Source of the DNA: Octopus vulgaris
Lineage: Eukaryota
DNA length: 64,000 bases
Assembly: GCA_951406725.2 (NCBI GenBank)
Contig: OX597814.1
Location: 151,900,001-151,964,000, forward strand
Direction: 5' to 3'
This document shows, in pieces, positions 27,523 through 39,965 of this stretch. The notes under the pieces are model-generated. The model searched no databases. It saw only the letters and a list, made by a program, of their open reading frames with translations, and was not told the origin of the DNA. Within the stretch, counting starts at the first letter, position 1; each line of letters begins with the position of its first letter. A program made the position numbers and the translations under genes.

Positions 27523-28332
27523 AGAATGGTGGCACAAGATCAAAGCTTGTGTACAAAAAACTACCAGGCTAACGTTCTTCAAAACGGTTCTGACACTAAA
27601 TGCAGATTCTGCGACACATTTGATGAAACAATAGACCTTCTCGTCTCGGGATGTCCTGTATTGACATCAAACGAATACAAAAATCGCCACGATAAGGTAG
27701 GACTGTATTTACATTGGGAAATATATAAACATTACAAAATCAGCACTTCTGCTTACTGGTATGAACATCAATCCTAGCCAGTCGTTGAAGCTAAAAATGT
27801 CGCTATCCTCTAGGATTTTCCAGTCAACACTGACAGAACGATCTAGGCTAATCGACCAAGTATAATCATTAAAGACAAGGAAGAAAATACTTGTAGACTA
27901 ATAGATGTAGGTGTTCCCACTGATAAAAATATAATTTGTAAAGGAAGTTGACAAGTTAAGTAAATATAAGGACCTGGAAATTGAAATGCAAAAGATGTGA
28001 CATCTGAAAGCGAGAACTGTTCCTGCTTTTGCAGGTTCTCTAGGTGTAATAAAAAGGGATGTCAGAAACACCTAGATAAGATCCCAGGAGAACCATACCT
28101 CAGAGAAATTCAAAGAATTGTGCTGACAAGCACTGCCCACATCCTTAGAAAAACCCTATCAATTTAAATGTATGTGTTGTATTACATGAAGATATTTCGC
28201 TGCTGCCCCTGGTACTTCTCCTCCTCAAGCTTTCAGTCAAACTGTAACATCTCTTATCCTTCACTCATCCCAGGACGCTGGGTGTGCCTCGGCAAGTGAT
28301 TGTAACATGCAGATTAAAATAAATAAATAAAT
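27523..28332 (+). mobile_element. R4/Dong-like copy 3 (5'-truncated)
   Basis: AQDQSL..CRFCDTFDETID.LVSGC, RHDKVG, NRPSIII..LIDVGVP..KYKDL, AHILRKTLSI*; 3'UTR then (TAA)n. Confidence 0.88.
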
Positions 28333-28333
28333 G

Positions 28334-28410
<77 letters not shown>

Positions 28411-28430
28411 AAGAAGAAAAAGAAGAAGAA
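28333..28430. repeat. Compound microsatellite (AAT)n(AAG)n
   Basis: Directly visible. Confidence 0.97.
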
Positions 28431-28606
28431 AAATGTTTAAAAAACCGTAAGTTTCACAAGACTATCAAACCATAAAAAATCCGAAAATTAAAGAAAAAAA
28501 ACCAGAAAACTACAGACCAATAACCTGCCTCCCTACTATGTTCAAGGCATTTACTGCAGTGATATCGCAAAGGCTGAACAAGCACCTGGACGAAAACAAA
28601 CTGTTC
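28431..28606 (+). mobile_element. Short RT fragment of the copy 4 family
   Basis: 28502-28606 matches 29076-29180 with four substitutions (PENYRPITCLPTM..NKHLDEN.LF). Confidence 0.85.
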
Positions 28607-28667
28607 AGGAAGATTGGGAAAATACCAGTTACAGTACCACCACCACCATCACCACGACCATGGCCAC

Positions 28668-28932
28668 CATGACCTTGGGCAAGTGTCCTCTACTATAGCT
28701 CGGGCCGACCAAAGCCTTGTGAGTGGATTTGGTAGACGGAAACTGAAAGAAGCCTGTCGTATATATGTATATGTTTGTGTGTCAGTGTTTGTCCCCCCTA
28801 ACATCGCTTGACAACCATGCTTGATCCCAAAGCAAAGAGACCAATAGAATAAGTACTAGGTTTACAAGAATAAGTCCTGGGTCATTGTCGACTAAACAAC
28901 ATGCGCAGTCAAATCTAAACAAGTAAAAGAAA
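28668..28932 (+). mobile_element. SINE family A, headless
   Basis: ccttgggcaagtgtc..ggccgaccaaagccttgtgagtgg...gaataagtcc. Confidence 0.8.
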
Positions 28933-28951
28933 AATAATAATAATAATAATA

Positions 28952-29000
<49 letters not shown>

Positions 29001-31258
29001 GCAGAGCAGAGACAATGCCTGAATGCTCACGAAGGGAAAACGATCTTAATTCCCAAATCAAATGAGACAGCAAAACCAGAAAACTACAGACCAATAACCT
29101 GTCTCCCTACGATGTACAAGGCATTTACTGCAGTGATATCGCAAAGGCTGAACAAGCACCTGGACGAAAACAACCTGTTCCCAGAAGAGCAGAAAGGATG
29201 CCGCAAAGGCTCATACGGCTGTAAAGATCAACTAATGATCAATAAAGCCATAACTGAAGACAGCCACAGAAAGAAGAAAGGCCTCAGTATGGCCTGGATT
29301 GATTACAAAAAGGCGTTTGATAGCATCCCCCACACATGGATCCTCGAAACACTAGCCATTAACAAAGTAGCACCAACAATTATAAAATTCATTGGGCACT
29401 CTATGAATAAATGGCAAACAGTCCTACACCTCCAAACAAAAGAGGGACTCATGAAAACCAAAGCCATCCCCATTAGAAGAGGAATATTCCAGGGAGATAC
29501 GCTCTCTCCACTCCTTTTCTGCTTGGCACTGTCACCTCTATCTGATATGCTAAATAGAACTGGATGCGGATATAAATGTTACGGCAAAACGATCAGCCAC
29601 CTTTTATATATGGATGACCTAAAACTATACGCTGCAAATGACAAACAGCTGGAAACACTATTAAAGACAGTTCATGGATTTACCAAAGAAATAGATATGA
29701 AATTTGGATTAGAAAAATGCGCCAAAGTAACCATGAAAAGAGGAAAACTAGTTAAGAGTAACAACATCACACTAGATAAAACCAATGAAATAAAAGAATT
29801 AGACCAAAGCCAAATTTACAAATACTTAGGAATCCATGAACTAGATAAGACACAACACACACAAATGAAAGAGAAAATAAAAAAGAATATTATAGACGAG
29901 TTAGATCAATACTAAAAACAGAGCTCAATGCTAAAAACAAGATAATAGGTATCAACACTTTAGCTGTCCCAGTTATAAGTTACAGCTACAATATCCTTAA
30001 CTGGACACGAAATGAACTGACCAAAATAGATAGGAAAACAAGAAAAATAATGACAGGATCTAGGATGCATCACCCAAAATCTGACATAGAAAGACTATAT
30101 ATACAACGTATAGAAGGTGGTAGAGGCCTTATACAGCTGGAAAACTACTATAAAATAACCACCATAGGACTGCAAAAATATCTACATCAGAAGGAAGGAA
30201 AACTGATCCAGATAGCGGCAAAACACGAGCAAAACAAAAAACTGTTCTCAGTATTTAAGGAAGCTGACAAATACAAACAGGAAATCATACCACCTAATAA
30301 ACATGAAGAAGAAGAAGAAGATGAAGAAACAACAAAAGCTATAAAACAAATGAAATCCAAACTAAAAATAGAACAGCAACGAACCATGATAAAACGATGG
30401 CAAGAAAAGCCCCTTCATGGTAAATACTGCACTAAACTAAACGCAAAAGAAATAGACAAAGAAAAATCCCAGCAATGGTTGAGAAGCTCAGGACTCAAAG
30501 CAGAAACAGAGGGATTTTTAATTGCAGCACAAGACCAAAGCCTCCCCACCAGAAATTACCAAAAACATGTAATGAAAAGAAATAATACAAGTAACTGCAG
30601 AATATGTGGAGATGGACAAGAAACAATAAATCATATTATCTCTAGCTGCCCAGTGCTGGCTAAGAAGGAATATATTCACAGACATGACAGAGTTGGAACC
30701 TACATACAATGGAAGCTATGCCAACATTATGGAATAACAACAGAAAAAAGATGGTATAGGCACACACCAGAAAAGGTCACAGAAAACGAGAAAGCAACCA
30801 TACTCTGGGATATGCCGATACATACAGATAGAGAAATTAAGGCCAACAGACCAGATATAGTTGTCAGAGACATGAAGAAAAAAATGCTTTCTAATTGATG
30901 TATCAATACCGGCAGATGACAACGTTTCTCTAAAAGAAATGGAGAAACTCTCAAAATACAAAGACCTGGAAATAGAGGTAACTAGAATGTGGAATCTGAA
31001 AACAGAAACAATTCCTATCATAGTAGGTGCATTAGGCATGATAAAAAAATATTCAGACAAATACATAACAAAAACACCAGGACTTACAAACACATATAAC
31101 ATACAGAAAATTGCACTACTAGGCACTGCACACATCCTACGCAGAACACTTTCCATACAATAACCATTAGAGCATCACAACAAATCACAACACATACCCA
31201 AGGCACACAGAGCTGCGCTCGGTAGTGAAGTGAAAGCACGCTATAAAAAATAAAACTA

Positions 31259-31261
<3 letters not shown>
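29001..31261 (+). mobile_element. R4/Dong-like copy 4 (young, 5'-truncated; RT, CCHC zinc finger, PD-(D/E)xK endonuclease)
   Basis: ORFs 29112-29915, 30050-30898 and 30939-31163 join via two frameshifts; WIDYKKAFDS, RGIFQGDTLSP, HLLYMDDLKL (YMDD 29606-29617), CRICGDGQETINHIISSC, RHDRVG, NRPDIVV..LIDVSIP..KYKDL; (TAA)n on both sides. Confidence 0.95.
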
Positions 31262-31315
<54 letters not shown>

Positions 31316-32859
31316 TATTATTACTATTCTTTCAAATTTTAGTCGCAAGGCCAGTAATGTTTTAAGGGGCGGGTTTAGACGAAAATATCGCCCCCCAATA
31401 AACACATGGTACTTATATTGTTGACTCCGATAGGCTGAGAATGCAAAGTGTTTGATTTCGGCAGGCTTTGAATTCAGAACATAAAGAGACAGAAGAAATA
31501 CCGCAAAGCATTGGTACAACGCGCTAAGATAAGCAGTTTTGGGGTGGAGGAAAGAGTCGATTATATCGATCTCAGTACATAATTGGCCCTTCTTTTTATC
31601 AACCCCGGAGGGATGAAAGGCATAGTTGACCTCGGTGAGATTTGAACTCAGAACGTAAAGAACTAGAAAAGCCTGCAATATATTTTTCCCGACGTTCAAA
31701 CGATTTTGGCGTCAACATTAGATATATGTATGCATTTAAGTAAAATAAAACTCAATGCGGTTATGTAGACAATTTTTATTCAAAACTGTATTTTCCTAAA
31801 TACAAGCAACTCGTAGCTACGCTTAATCTCAAGTTGCGGCTTTTGTCAGGCTTTGGAGCGAAATATATTCAATACTATTCATATGTCATCTAGATGTAAC
31901 AGACAATGAAATGACTGACTTAAGTAATTGTATGAATATTTATACTTCACAGGAAATGTGTGAGTGTTAATTAATTAAAGATGGTCAACCCAATAAATGC
32001 ATAAATATATCAATGATTATTATCAGCTTTCTAAAGCAAGCATAATCTGAATTGTTGGCTGTTGTATTCTTTGTTGTTGTCACAGATTGTGGCATATGTT
32101 AAAGGCATTGTATTCAGCTTCGTAAACAGGGAGGGTTAATGGCTGTTGTTGTTTTCTTGATGGATACGAACTTGATGCCGCTGCACAATAGAACATGTGT
32201 TAAAGATATCAGCGATCAGGCAATTAGAGCTGCGGTGCGAGCGGAGGGTCTGACGTTTCAGGTGGGGATGGAGCTTGTGGGAGGTGCTTGCATACACATA
32301 CGACACGTACTTATGCGCACATATTTACATATATATGTATGAAAAATGAACAGACACGCAAATACATAAGTATATGCATGGGTACACATATATGTATGCA
32401 TATACACACGCTACACATGCACATATACAAACATACATATACCTATACATATTTCATATATATATATATGCGTTTATGTACACATCGATATGAGTATCCA
32501 CACACATACGCATGTCTACATAGGAACATAGGTATATTTGCATATATATATAACCAACCTCCTATACCCGGATATAGAGTGGGTCATGGTGCCCCATATA
32601 CGACTGAGGTGTGAATCACAATCTAAAAGACTTCAACAGGTGATGCTATTAAGTTAGACATGGCCAGAGCCTATACTGGCCGATACCTATCTAAGTTATG
32701 TATGTATGTATGTATGTATGTATGTATGTATGTATGTATGTATGTATGTATGTATGTATTTACGTATGCATGTATGTATGTATGTATGTATGTATATGCA
32801 TGTATGTATATGTATATGCATGTATGTATGAGGTTAAGAAGTTCACACGTGTAAGTTTA

Positions 32860-34830
32860 CATTAAAAGACAAAACAGAAAATGCATTGAGAATTTTATTA
32901 CGAATAAATGAAAAAATATTTCCATTTTTACCAAACATACTACCGATTTCAATTGTTTTATATGACAATTTAGTCATGCTGTAAGAAGACGGAAGATAAT
33001 TTGAAATATACTAAATTAAACTTTCATAATATCATTTCTGGAAGCTCCTATATTTCTCGTAAGAATCACATGGTGCTAGTTGTCGGTTTCCTTCAGATGG
33101 TTGTTGGGTAGAGGTCGGGGTCGTAGTCGTAGTAGTATTTGTAGCAGCAGCTGCAGCAGTAGCAGTAGTAGTAGTAGTAACAATCTTTGCAGTTGTAGTT
33201 GTCTTTTGTTTCTTACTAGTAATATTGGTGCTAAGCAGTGACTTTTAGTAGTAACAACATCAGTGGTTGTAGCCATAGTAGTAGTGGCTGTATCAGTTTC
33301 ACTAGTAGAAGCAGCAATTGCAAATTACTCAGTAGCTGTAGTGTTTGTGGTGGCGGATACAGTAAATGCCATAAATGTAGCGAGAGTTGTTTGTTCTTTT
33401 CCTTCAATAACAAGAGTAGGGGTAGCGGTCGTAGTTGGAGTTGTAGCAGAAGTAGAAGCTGTAACAGCAGTAGCAGCAGTAACTCTACTAGTTTTAGTAG
33501 CTGTTGTTGTCCTTTCTCTTCCGCGTTTAGAGGTAGTCGGTATTTGGTTATGGAAATGGTTTCTTTGTTACTGCGCTGCTGTTGCGATGACCAATCAGCA
33601 AATTTATATAAGAGGAAGATCGTAAAATTTCTTACCGGTACGTGTATCTTTATGTTCCCGGGTCCTATCTGTTTGCATTCCGGCATTTTAATTTGTGATC
33701 TATGCAGAATTATGCGTTGTCTTAAGGACATCACGGTTTGCCTTATATAATTCTCTCCGCATCCTGCCGTAAGTAGTTCTCTCTGCATGCAGGTAGCACT
33801 TAATTACACAGATTAGGTTTTCAGATGCACAGATGAAGATATTCTTTATCGTGAAAAATTGCCCTTATTGAAAATGAATCTCCGACTCTTCTGACAGATT
33901 TCATCATGTCATATATTTGGCTATTCAGCGTTTATTACTTTTTTTTGGCCGTTGGATCTATGGTTATTGCATGATATTTAGCCTTTGTTAATGTTTTTGC
34001 ATTAATTTGGGCTGTCTTTCATAATGGTATGCGCTTGAAGGATTTGTGTCAGCCGGGTATCTTTTTTTTTAGTGTCGGTATGTTTTTAAACATTGTTTTT
34101 AGGTGAAAAAGTAATATAGAAGGTTAAAATTGTTCATTCCGATATATTTGCTTTGTTTGTCTTAGTGCTTGGATATTGATTATTATGGGTCGATGTATTC
34201 CATTAGAGATTACAGTTGGTGGATATGTTTAAGTTTTTGAAACCTTATGTCGTGGATGGTTTCATCGTATACAGATGTGCAGATTATTTAGGTTATGGGA
34301 AACAGTTACTCTGGTTCGTCTCAGAGGACACAAATTAAAAGGTAGTTATTGTTTGGAGTCTATAGATTTATAGTAAATGCTTGTCATATGGATAATTTAA
34401 AATGTATTCACAGAAGTCATCAAGTATTTTGCTCTTCCTTTTGGTGGTGTGTAGTAGCTGTTGTTTTTTTTATCAATGATTTATCATCATCATTCTTGTC
34501 GTACAACTCTTGTGTGAATTTGAGTCCTTTAGGAAGTACAATAGTTTGTTATACCGTTTTCTGTGATAAATTTATAATTTTTATTACATTTGTCTTTTCT
34601 TGTTCGTATGTTCGACCGGGTATCATTGTCCCTGTGGACAGGATCTAAAAGCGTTTATTACAATCAGGTTGGTGGATGTTATTAGTATGTCCCCATTGTT
34701 ATGGTTTACAGCGAAAGCTTGTTGATAGGATTGTTGGATGAGCTTTTGAATTTTATGTTTCGTTGGCGTGTTTCGAGGGAATTTCGTTGATTGTTGGATA
34801 GATTTCGTGGTTATTTCTTATTTTATTACT
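32860..34830 (-). mobile_element. Decayed Penelope-like element (RT remnants, GIY-YIG endonuclease, pLTR)
   Basis: FTIKNIFICASENL..CGENYIRQT..LRQRIILHRSQIK..FTIFLLYKF..KE..I.KYR.PLN is a GIY-YIG pattern; downstream low-complexity region, hammerhead remnant and AATAAA. Confidence 0.8.
32935..32982 (-). ncRNA. Decayed type I hammerhead ribozyme in the Penelope pLTR
   Basis: Minus strand acagc-ATGACTA-aattgt(catataaa)acaatt-GAAA-TCGG-TA-gtatgt; stem II perfect, core mutated. Confidence 0.55.
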
Positions 34831-34917
34831 CTTTAGCATAGTACTCATGAGACATTCTTACATGCATATACACATGCATACATTCATGAATACACCCGGC
34901 ACACAGACAGACAGACA

Positions 34918-34955
<38 letters not shown>

Positions 34956-35278
34956 TACACACACACATACACACATGCTCACAAGTATATATATATACAT
35001 GCATATGTGCAAATACGTCTATACATATGTATTTTTATATATGGAAATGTGTGAGCATGCATGCGCTCGCGTTTCTGCGTGTACATTAAAATATTCTGCG
35101 CAAAAATAGAAAAGAAAGCTGAGAGCAAATAGCATTATTTGATGGGGTGAGGTTGGGTGGTGGGTATGTGAAAGTCTTTGAAGTATCTCGGGAAAATGTA
35201 TAGGAAGGAACTGGGGAAATATGTTTTCTTATGCATATATAAAACTGTAAAATTTTCTGCATCTCTATGTGTCTGTCA

Positions 35279-35319
<41 letters not shown>

Positions 35320-36688
35320 CGTTTCTCTTCCTCTCCGCATAGGTACATATACACACATAATACAGATCTGCGTGGAAATGGAAATTACATGTGAGGAATA
35401 TGAATATATTATTAGTAGCAATCCATTTATTTACTGCATATGTACAAACGTATATAAGCACTTGCATGTGCAGCTACATGCATTTTCCATGTTCATTGTT
35501 GTGAACAAGCCTGCTTCGAAGGCACATATATGTTGATGAAGTGTGGTGGTTGGAAGAGTGTGTGAAAGCGTTAATCAAGTATCTTCAGTGTGGTTATGTT
35601 TATAATACAAACGAATTCTACATGGTGTAAATAATGAAAATAATATTTTCTTTGTTAACAAGGTTTCACAAAAACGGTCGAGGACAGTAAAGCACGATAC
35701 AATATGAAGTTATATATTAAGACATGTAAAAATATAAAAAATACATAAACGAAGAAACAATATATTCAAACAAGATAATTCCCCAAAAGAAGGGAGACCG
35801 CCGAAGAAACCCCAGAAAACTAGGGTCACGCTAACCACAAGGGCACATGCCCTCTCAATTTCCTCCTTCTGCAATTCACAGGTGCGTACAAAGAAAAAAA
35901 CTCGCTCACTCGACCTACCTTTGCTACTCTCAACAAATTTACTCGTAGACAGCACTTACCTCTCTACTCGCACTTTCTTTTTTTAAGAGGAATTAGAAAA
36001 TGTTGGTGAATGTTTGGTCAAAGACGAAGGTGTTTGTCTTCAGTCCTTTCAGTCTGGTCCTCTACATAACCTCTTTCACCAAAGCCACCAAGCAGAAAAT
36101 GACGTCTCTCATTCCTTTCTAAAGCAAAGTGGTGGAACGATCTTCAAAACGGACTCAGCTGATAATAGGATCCATCGGATGGTGGTGAAAGAGCAAAAAA
36201 GAAACCTATATCCTACCAAAGAAGATAGATATATGAAGTTTATTTGAAACATCTCCAGAGTACGTAGTTTGAAAAAAAAAAGAAAGTGGAATGGAAGGCT
36301 TGCGTTTGCGATAACGGAAATGCTGAGAGTCGTTTGAAAAATAATTGTGGTTCAAAACCCGGATGTGCTCACAACACAACATACCTCTACTCTTTCTGAT
36401 TTGACCTTTTTTTTAACATAACGAGAAAGATGAACTTCATAAACTCTATCAATTGAACAACATAAGCACCTGAAATAATTGATGAAATTTTTAAATATAA
36501 ACCTCGGTGTTTCTTTTGTTGTGGACCTAGTCATAATTGCAGAGGAGTCAACAAATAGTGCTTTGCCTGTGGCTAAGGGCTGTTTTGACTTTAATTTCTA
36601 GCAATGCTGGTGCTAACATGTACTGGTGCCTGTTGGTTCTAAATTGCGACTAGCCACTTTAATAATTTATAATTTTCACTCTACTATA

Positions 36689-37017
36689 GGCGCATGTTTC
36701 AGTGGTTAGAGCGTCGAGCTTACGATCGTGAGATTGTGAGTTCGATTCCCGGACCGGGCTGCGTGTTGTGTTTTGAGCAAGGCACTTTATTTCACGTTGC
36801 TCCAGTTCACTCAGCTGTGGAAATGAGTTGTGACATCACTGGTGCCAAGCTGTATCGGCCATTGCCTTTCCCTTGGATAACACTGGTGGCGTGGAGAGGG
36901 GAGCCTGGTATACATGGGCGACTGCTGGCCTTCCATAAACAACCTTGGCCGGACTTGTACCACGGAGGGTAACTTTCTAGGTGCAATCCCATGGTCATTC
37001 ATGACTGAAGGGGATCT
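36689..37017 (+). mobile_element. SINE family B
   Basis: Full-length copy with CpGs retained. Confidence 0.9.
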
Positions 37018-37085
37018 CCCCCATTTTACTGGATCAGCCGCTAATTCAGATGGTATTTTTTACATACTGAATTAGCTTAACCCTA

Positions 37086-37158
37086 GGCAACAGAGTAGCG
37101 TCACTGATGAGGATTAATACTATCCGAAATTATCGATGATCTGACGTTCTCGCTTGCT
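37086..37158 (+). ncRNA. Type I hammerhead ribozyme, apparently intact
   Basis: Stem I GCGTCA/TGACGT, extended by GAG/CTC and GGCAA/TTGCT; CTGATGA 37104-37110; stem II GGAT-taatact-ATCC; GAAA 37126-37129; stem III TTA-tcga-TGA; TC with predicted cleavage after C37141. Confidence 0.88.
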
Positions 37159-37964
37159 GTAAAGAAGCTGTCTCCCTTGTCAGACAATAGATAGTGCTTT
37201 GCCAGTGGCTAAGAATTGTTTTGACTCTTATTTCTAGCAATGCTGGTGCTGACTTGCACCCTTGGTCACTCCAGTGACGATTGTACTTGTATTTTGTGGT
37301 TTTAAATTGCAATTAACCACTTTAATAAGTTACACACACACACGCACACGCACACACGCACACATACACGCACACACGCACGCACGCACACACAAACAAG
37401 AACACATACGCACATTATAGCTTTACCCACAGTAGAAAAGATTTTCCACAAGTAAACATGAGAGAAAAGCATAAATATCTAAGATGGCATCGTGCTTCGT
37501 AGTCAGTAAACGATAAAGAGTACAAGTGAGATGATTCAAGCAGCCTGAGTGGAGCTAATCAACTGAGATGTTTTAATAGCAAGAATAGTTGGGCGGTTAT
37601 TCGCAACATCAGTCAATGCAACATCAATCAATTCGCATTTTCGTCCAAGCATGTGGATAGCTGCAAGTACACGTCTTTGAAAAGAATCAAAAAGGCCAAA
37701 ATGTATCTGGCGTTCTAGCTGGTCGATGCCGGAGCGATTTTTTGTTTCTTCCCAGAAATTGTATTTTTGTCTCACCCGATATGTATTGTGTTTTTAATAC
37801 AACACGTCAATAAAAGATGTTAGTGCGAATACCGCACTAACTGATCTGTCAACGGTGTGTATACATTAAGTATGATACATGTATGACTAAATAAATAAAT
37901 ATATGAGTAAATATACATATATAAATGTAAGAACTTACTGTGACGTTCGATTATAAAATAAAAA

Positions 37965-38718
37965 ATACACATTAAGTACAGGATATCACCAACGAGCGAA
38001 AAATACGTAAACACACAGAGGTAAGTATAGGACAAAATACCAAAAGAAGTCTAACTCCACCTCAGTTGTCGACCGTTTTACTACTCCCTATTTCGTGCTT
38101 TTAACGATAGGAAAACTTTCTCCCCCTCCTTCTCTGCTGTCCTCTTTCTCTCACTCCCTACCATCTTTCGTTCCTTCTCCCCCTTCTCTTCGCTCCCTTT
38201 GTTTCTTTCTCTCAACCTCTTTCTTGTCCCCCTCCCCTCTGCCTGTTTCCCACACGTGACTACAGGCAATTTCTCTCGCCACTGTCTTTTCTGGATAAGA
38301 CATCTACCGGGCTGGACGTCATTTCTCACGCCTCCCGTCATTTTTTCTCCTCTACTATTTTCTTCTATTCTATTCTATTTCCTTTAAAAATTTCTCCCAG
38401 GCGTTACCCATTACAATTCGACTAGGCCTAACAGCCCTTAATGTTTGTCATCGTCGATTGTTTACTTTATATGTCCACTCTGATGTTGTTTGTTCGTTCG
38501 AAGACCTAACTCTCCACAAATTTTATATTTAAAAAATTTCTGGATGCTGGTGTCTTATGAAATTTTCCTATCTTGTCGTTAAAAGCACGAAATAGGGAGT
38601 AGTAAAACAGTCGACAATTAGGGAGGAGTTAGGATTCTTTTGGCATTTTGTCCTGTAGTTATCTCTGTGTGTTTACTTATTTTTCCCTTGTTGGTGATGT
38701 CCTATACTTAATGTGTAT
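37965..38718. repeat. Fold-back element with ~150-bp inverted arms
   Basis: 37965-38116 is complementary to 38563-38718 (for example gttttactactccctatttcgtgcttttaacga / tcgttaaaagcacgaaatagggagtagtaaaac). Confidence 0.88.
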
Positions 38719-38744
38719 TATACATATATATATATATATATTCT

Positions 38745-38920
38745 TTTTCTTTCCTTTGACTTCGGCCATGCTGGAGCACCACCTTTAGTGGAGCAAATCG
38801 GCCGCAGAACTTATTCTTTGTAAGCCTAGTACTAATTCTATCGGTCTCTTTTACCAAAGTTACGGGGACGTAAAACCACCAACATCGATTGTCAAGCGAT
38901 GTTAGGGGACAAACACACAG

Positions 38921-38991
<71 letters not shown>

Positions 38992-39188
38992 CACAAACAC
39001 ATACACAAACACACGCATATATGACGGGCTTCTTTCAGTTTCCGTCTACCAAATCCACTCACAAGGCTTTGGTCGGCCCGAGACTATAGTAGAAGAGACT
39101 TGCCCAAGGTGCCACGTAGTGGGACTGAACCCGGAACCATGTGGTTGGTAAGCGTAAGCAAGCTTCTTACCACACAGCCGCTCCTGCG

Positions 39189-39192
<4 letters not shown>
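38745..39192 (-). mobile_element. SINE family A with internal (GCAC)n
   Basis: Collinear with 61277-61701. Confidence 0.88.
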
Positions 39193-39244
<52 letters not shown>

Positions 39245-39287
39245 TGTATGTATATATATATATATTATATACATACACACATATATG

Positions 39288-39331
<44 letters not shown>

Positions 39332-39639
39332 AGTATCTATATATAAAATCATAAATGCATACACATACAAATATATGTATGTACACGTTTTATATATATT
39401 TGAGTGTATGTTTACGTAAAAATGAATGCGGTATGTAGAAGCACTTCTTATAAATATCTTTCCTATCCGAAGAAAGATGTTCAAAAATGTTTGAAAAACG
39501 TAGGAATGTTTTAGTATCCATATTCAATCTGCTGTCTTTCACATTGTTGACAGTTGTTCAGGTTTACATTAAGCCCCAACGATTTAATTAATATATTTAC
39601 TTATAAGAAGCGTTACATTTATTTATTGAGCCACTTTTG

Positions 39640-39965
39640 CGGTGCAGTTTAACCAAAACCGGGTATCTTATAGTCGTGATTCATATCGAATCCTTCTGGG
39701 TATTAGCGCGCGTCTACGATGAGTCTACGATTTAAAAAAAAAAAAATTACCATCATTTTTTTCATTTTAATGCATTTTTTCGCTATTATATAAGGAAAGT
39801 AACTCTCTAAAAATGTCTACGATGAGTCAACGATTAAAAAAAAAATTACAATCATTTTTTTCCATTTTTAATGCATTTTTTGCTATTTTTTGGCTATAAC
39901 TCACTAAAAATGCTTATATAGTTATTTCCCTTACAAACCCGAGCAACGCCGGGCGATACTGCTAG
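39640..39965 (+). mobile_element. Helitron 3' fragment
   Basis: Ends with the hairpin cccgagcaacgccggg then CTAG|T; internal tandem duplication (gtctacgatgagtc.acgatt.aaaaa). Confidence 0.7.

Larger units (their letters stand above)
36555..37328 (+). mobile_element. Retrozyme/pLTR-like unit: partial direct repeat with an internal hammerhead, interrupted by a SINE
   Basis: 36555-36665 repeats at 37191-37328 (atagtgctttgcc.gtggctaag...tttctagcaatgctggtgct...taaattgc.a.ta.ccactttaataa); period ~305 nt without the SINE. Confidence 0.65.

Noticed and set aside
33238-33750. 170-aa Ser/Cys-rich plus-strand ORF
   Set aside because: Antisense to the Penelope GIY-YIG region and its low-complexity tract
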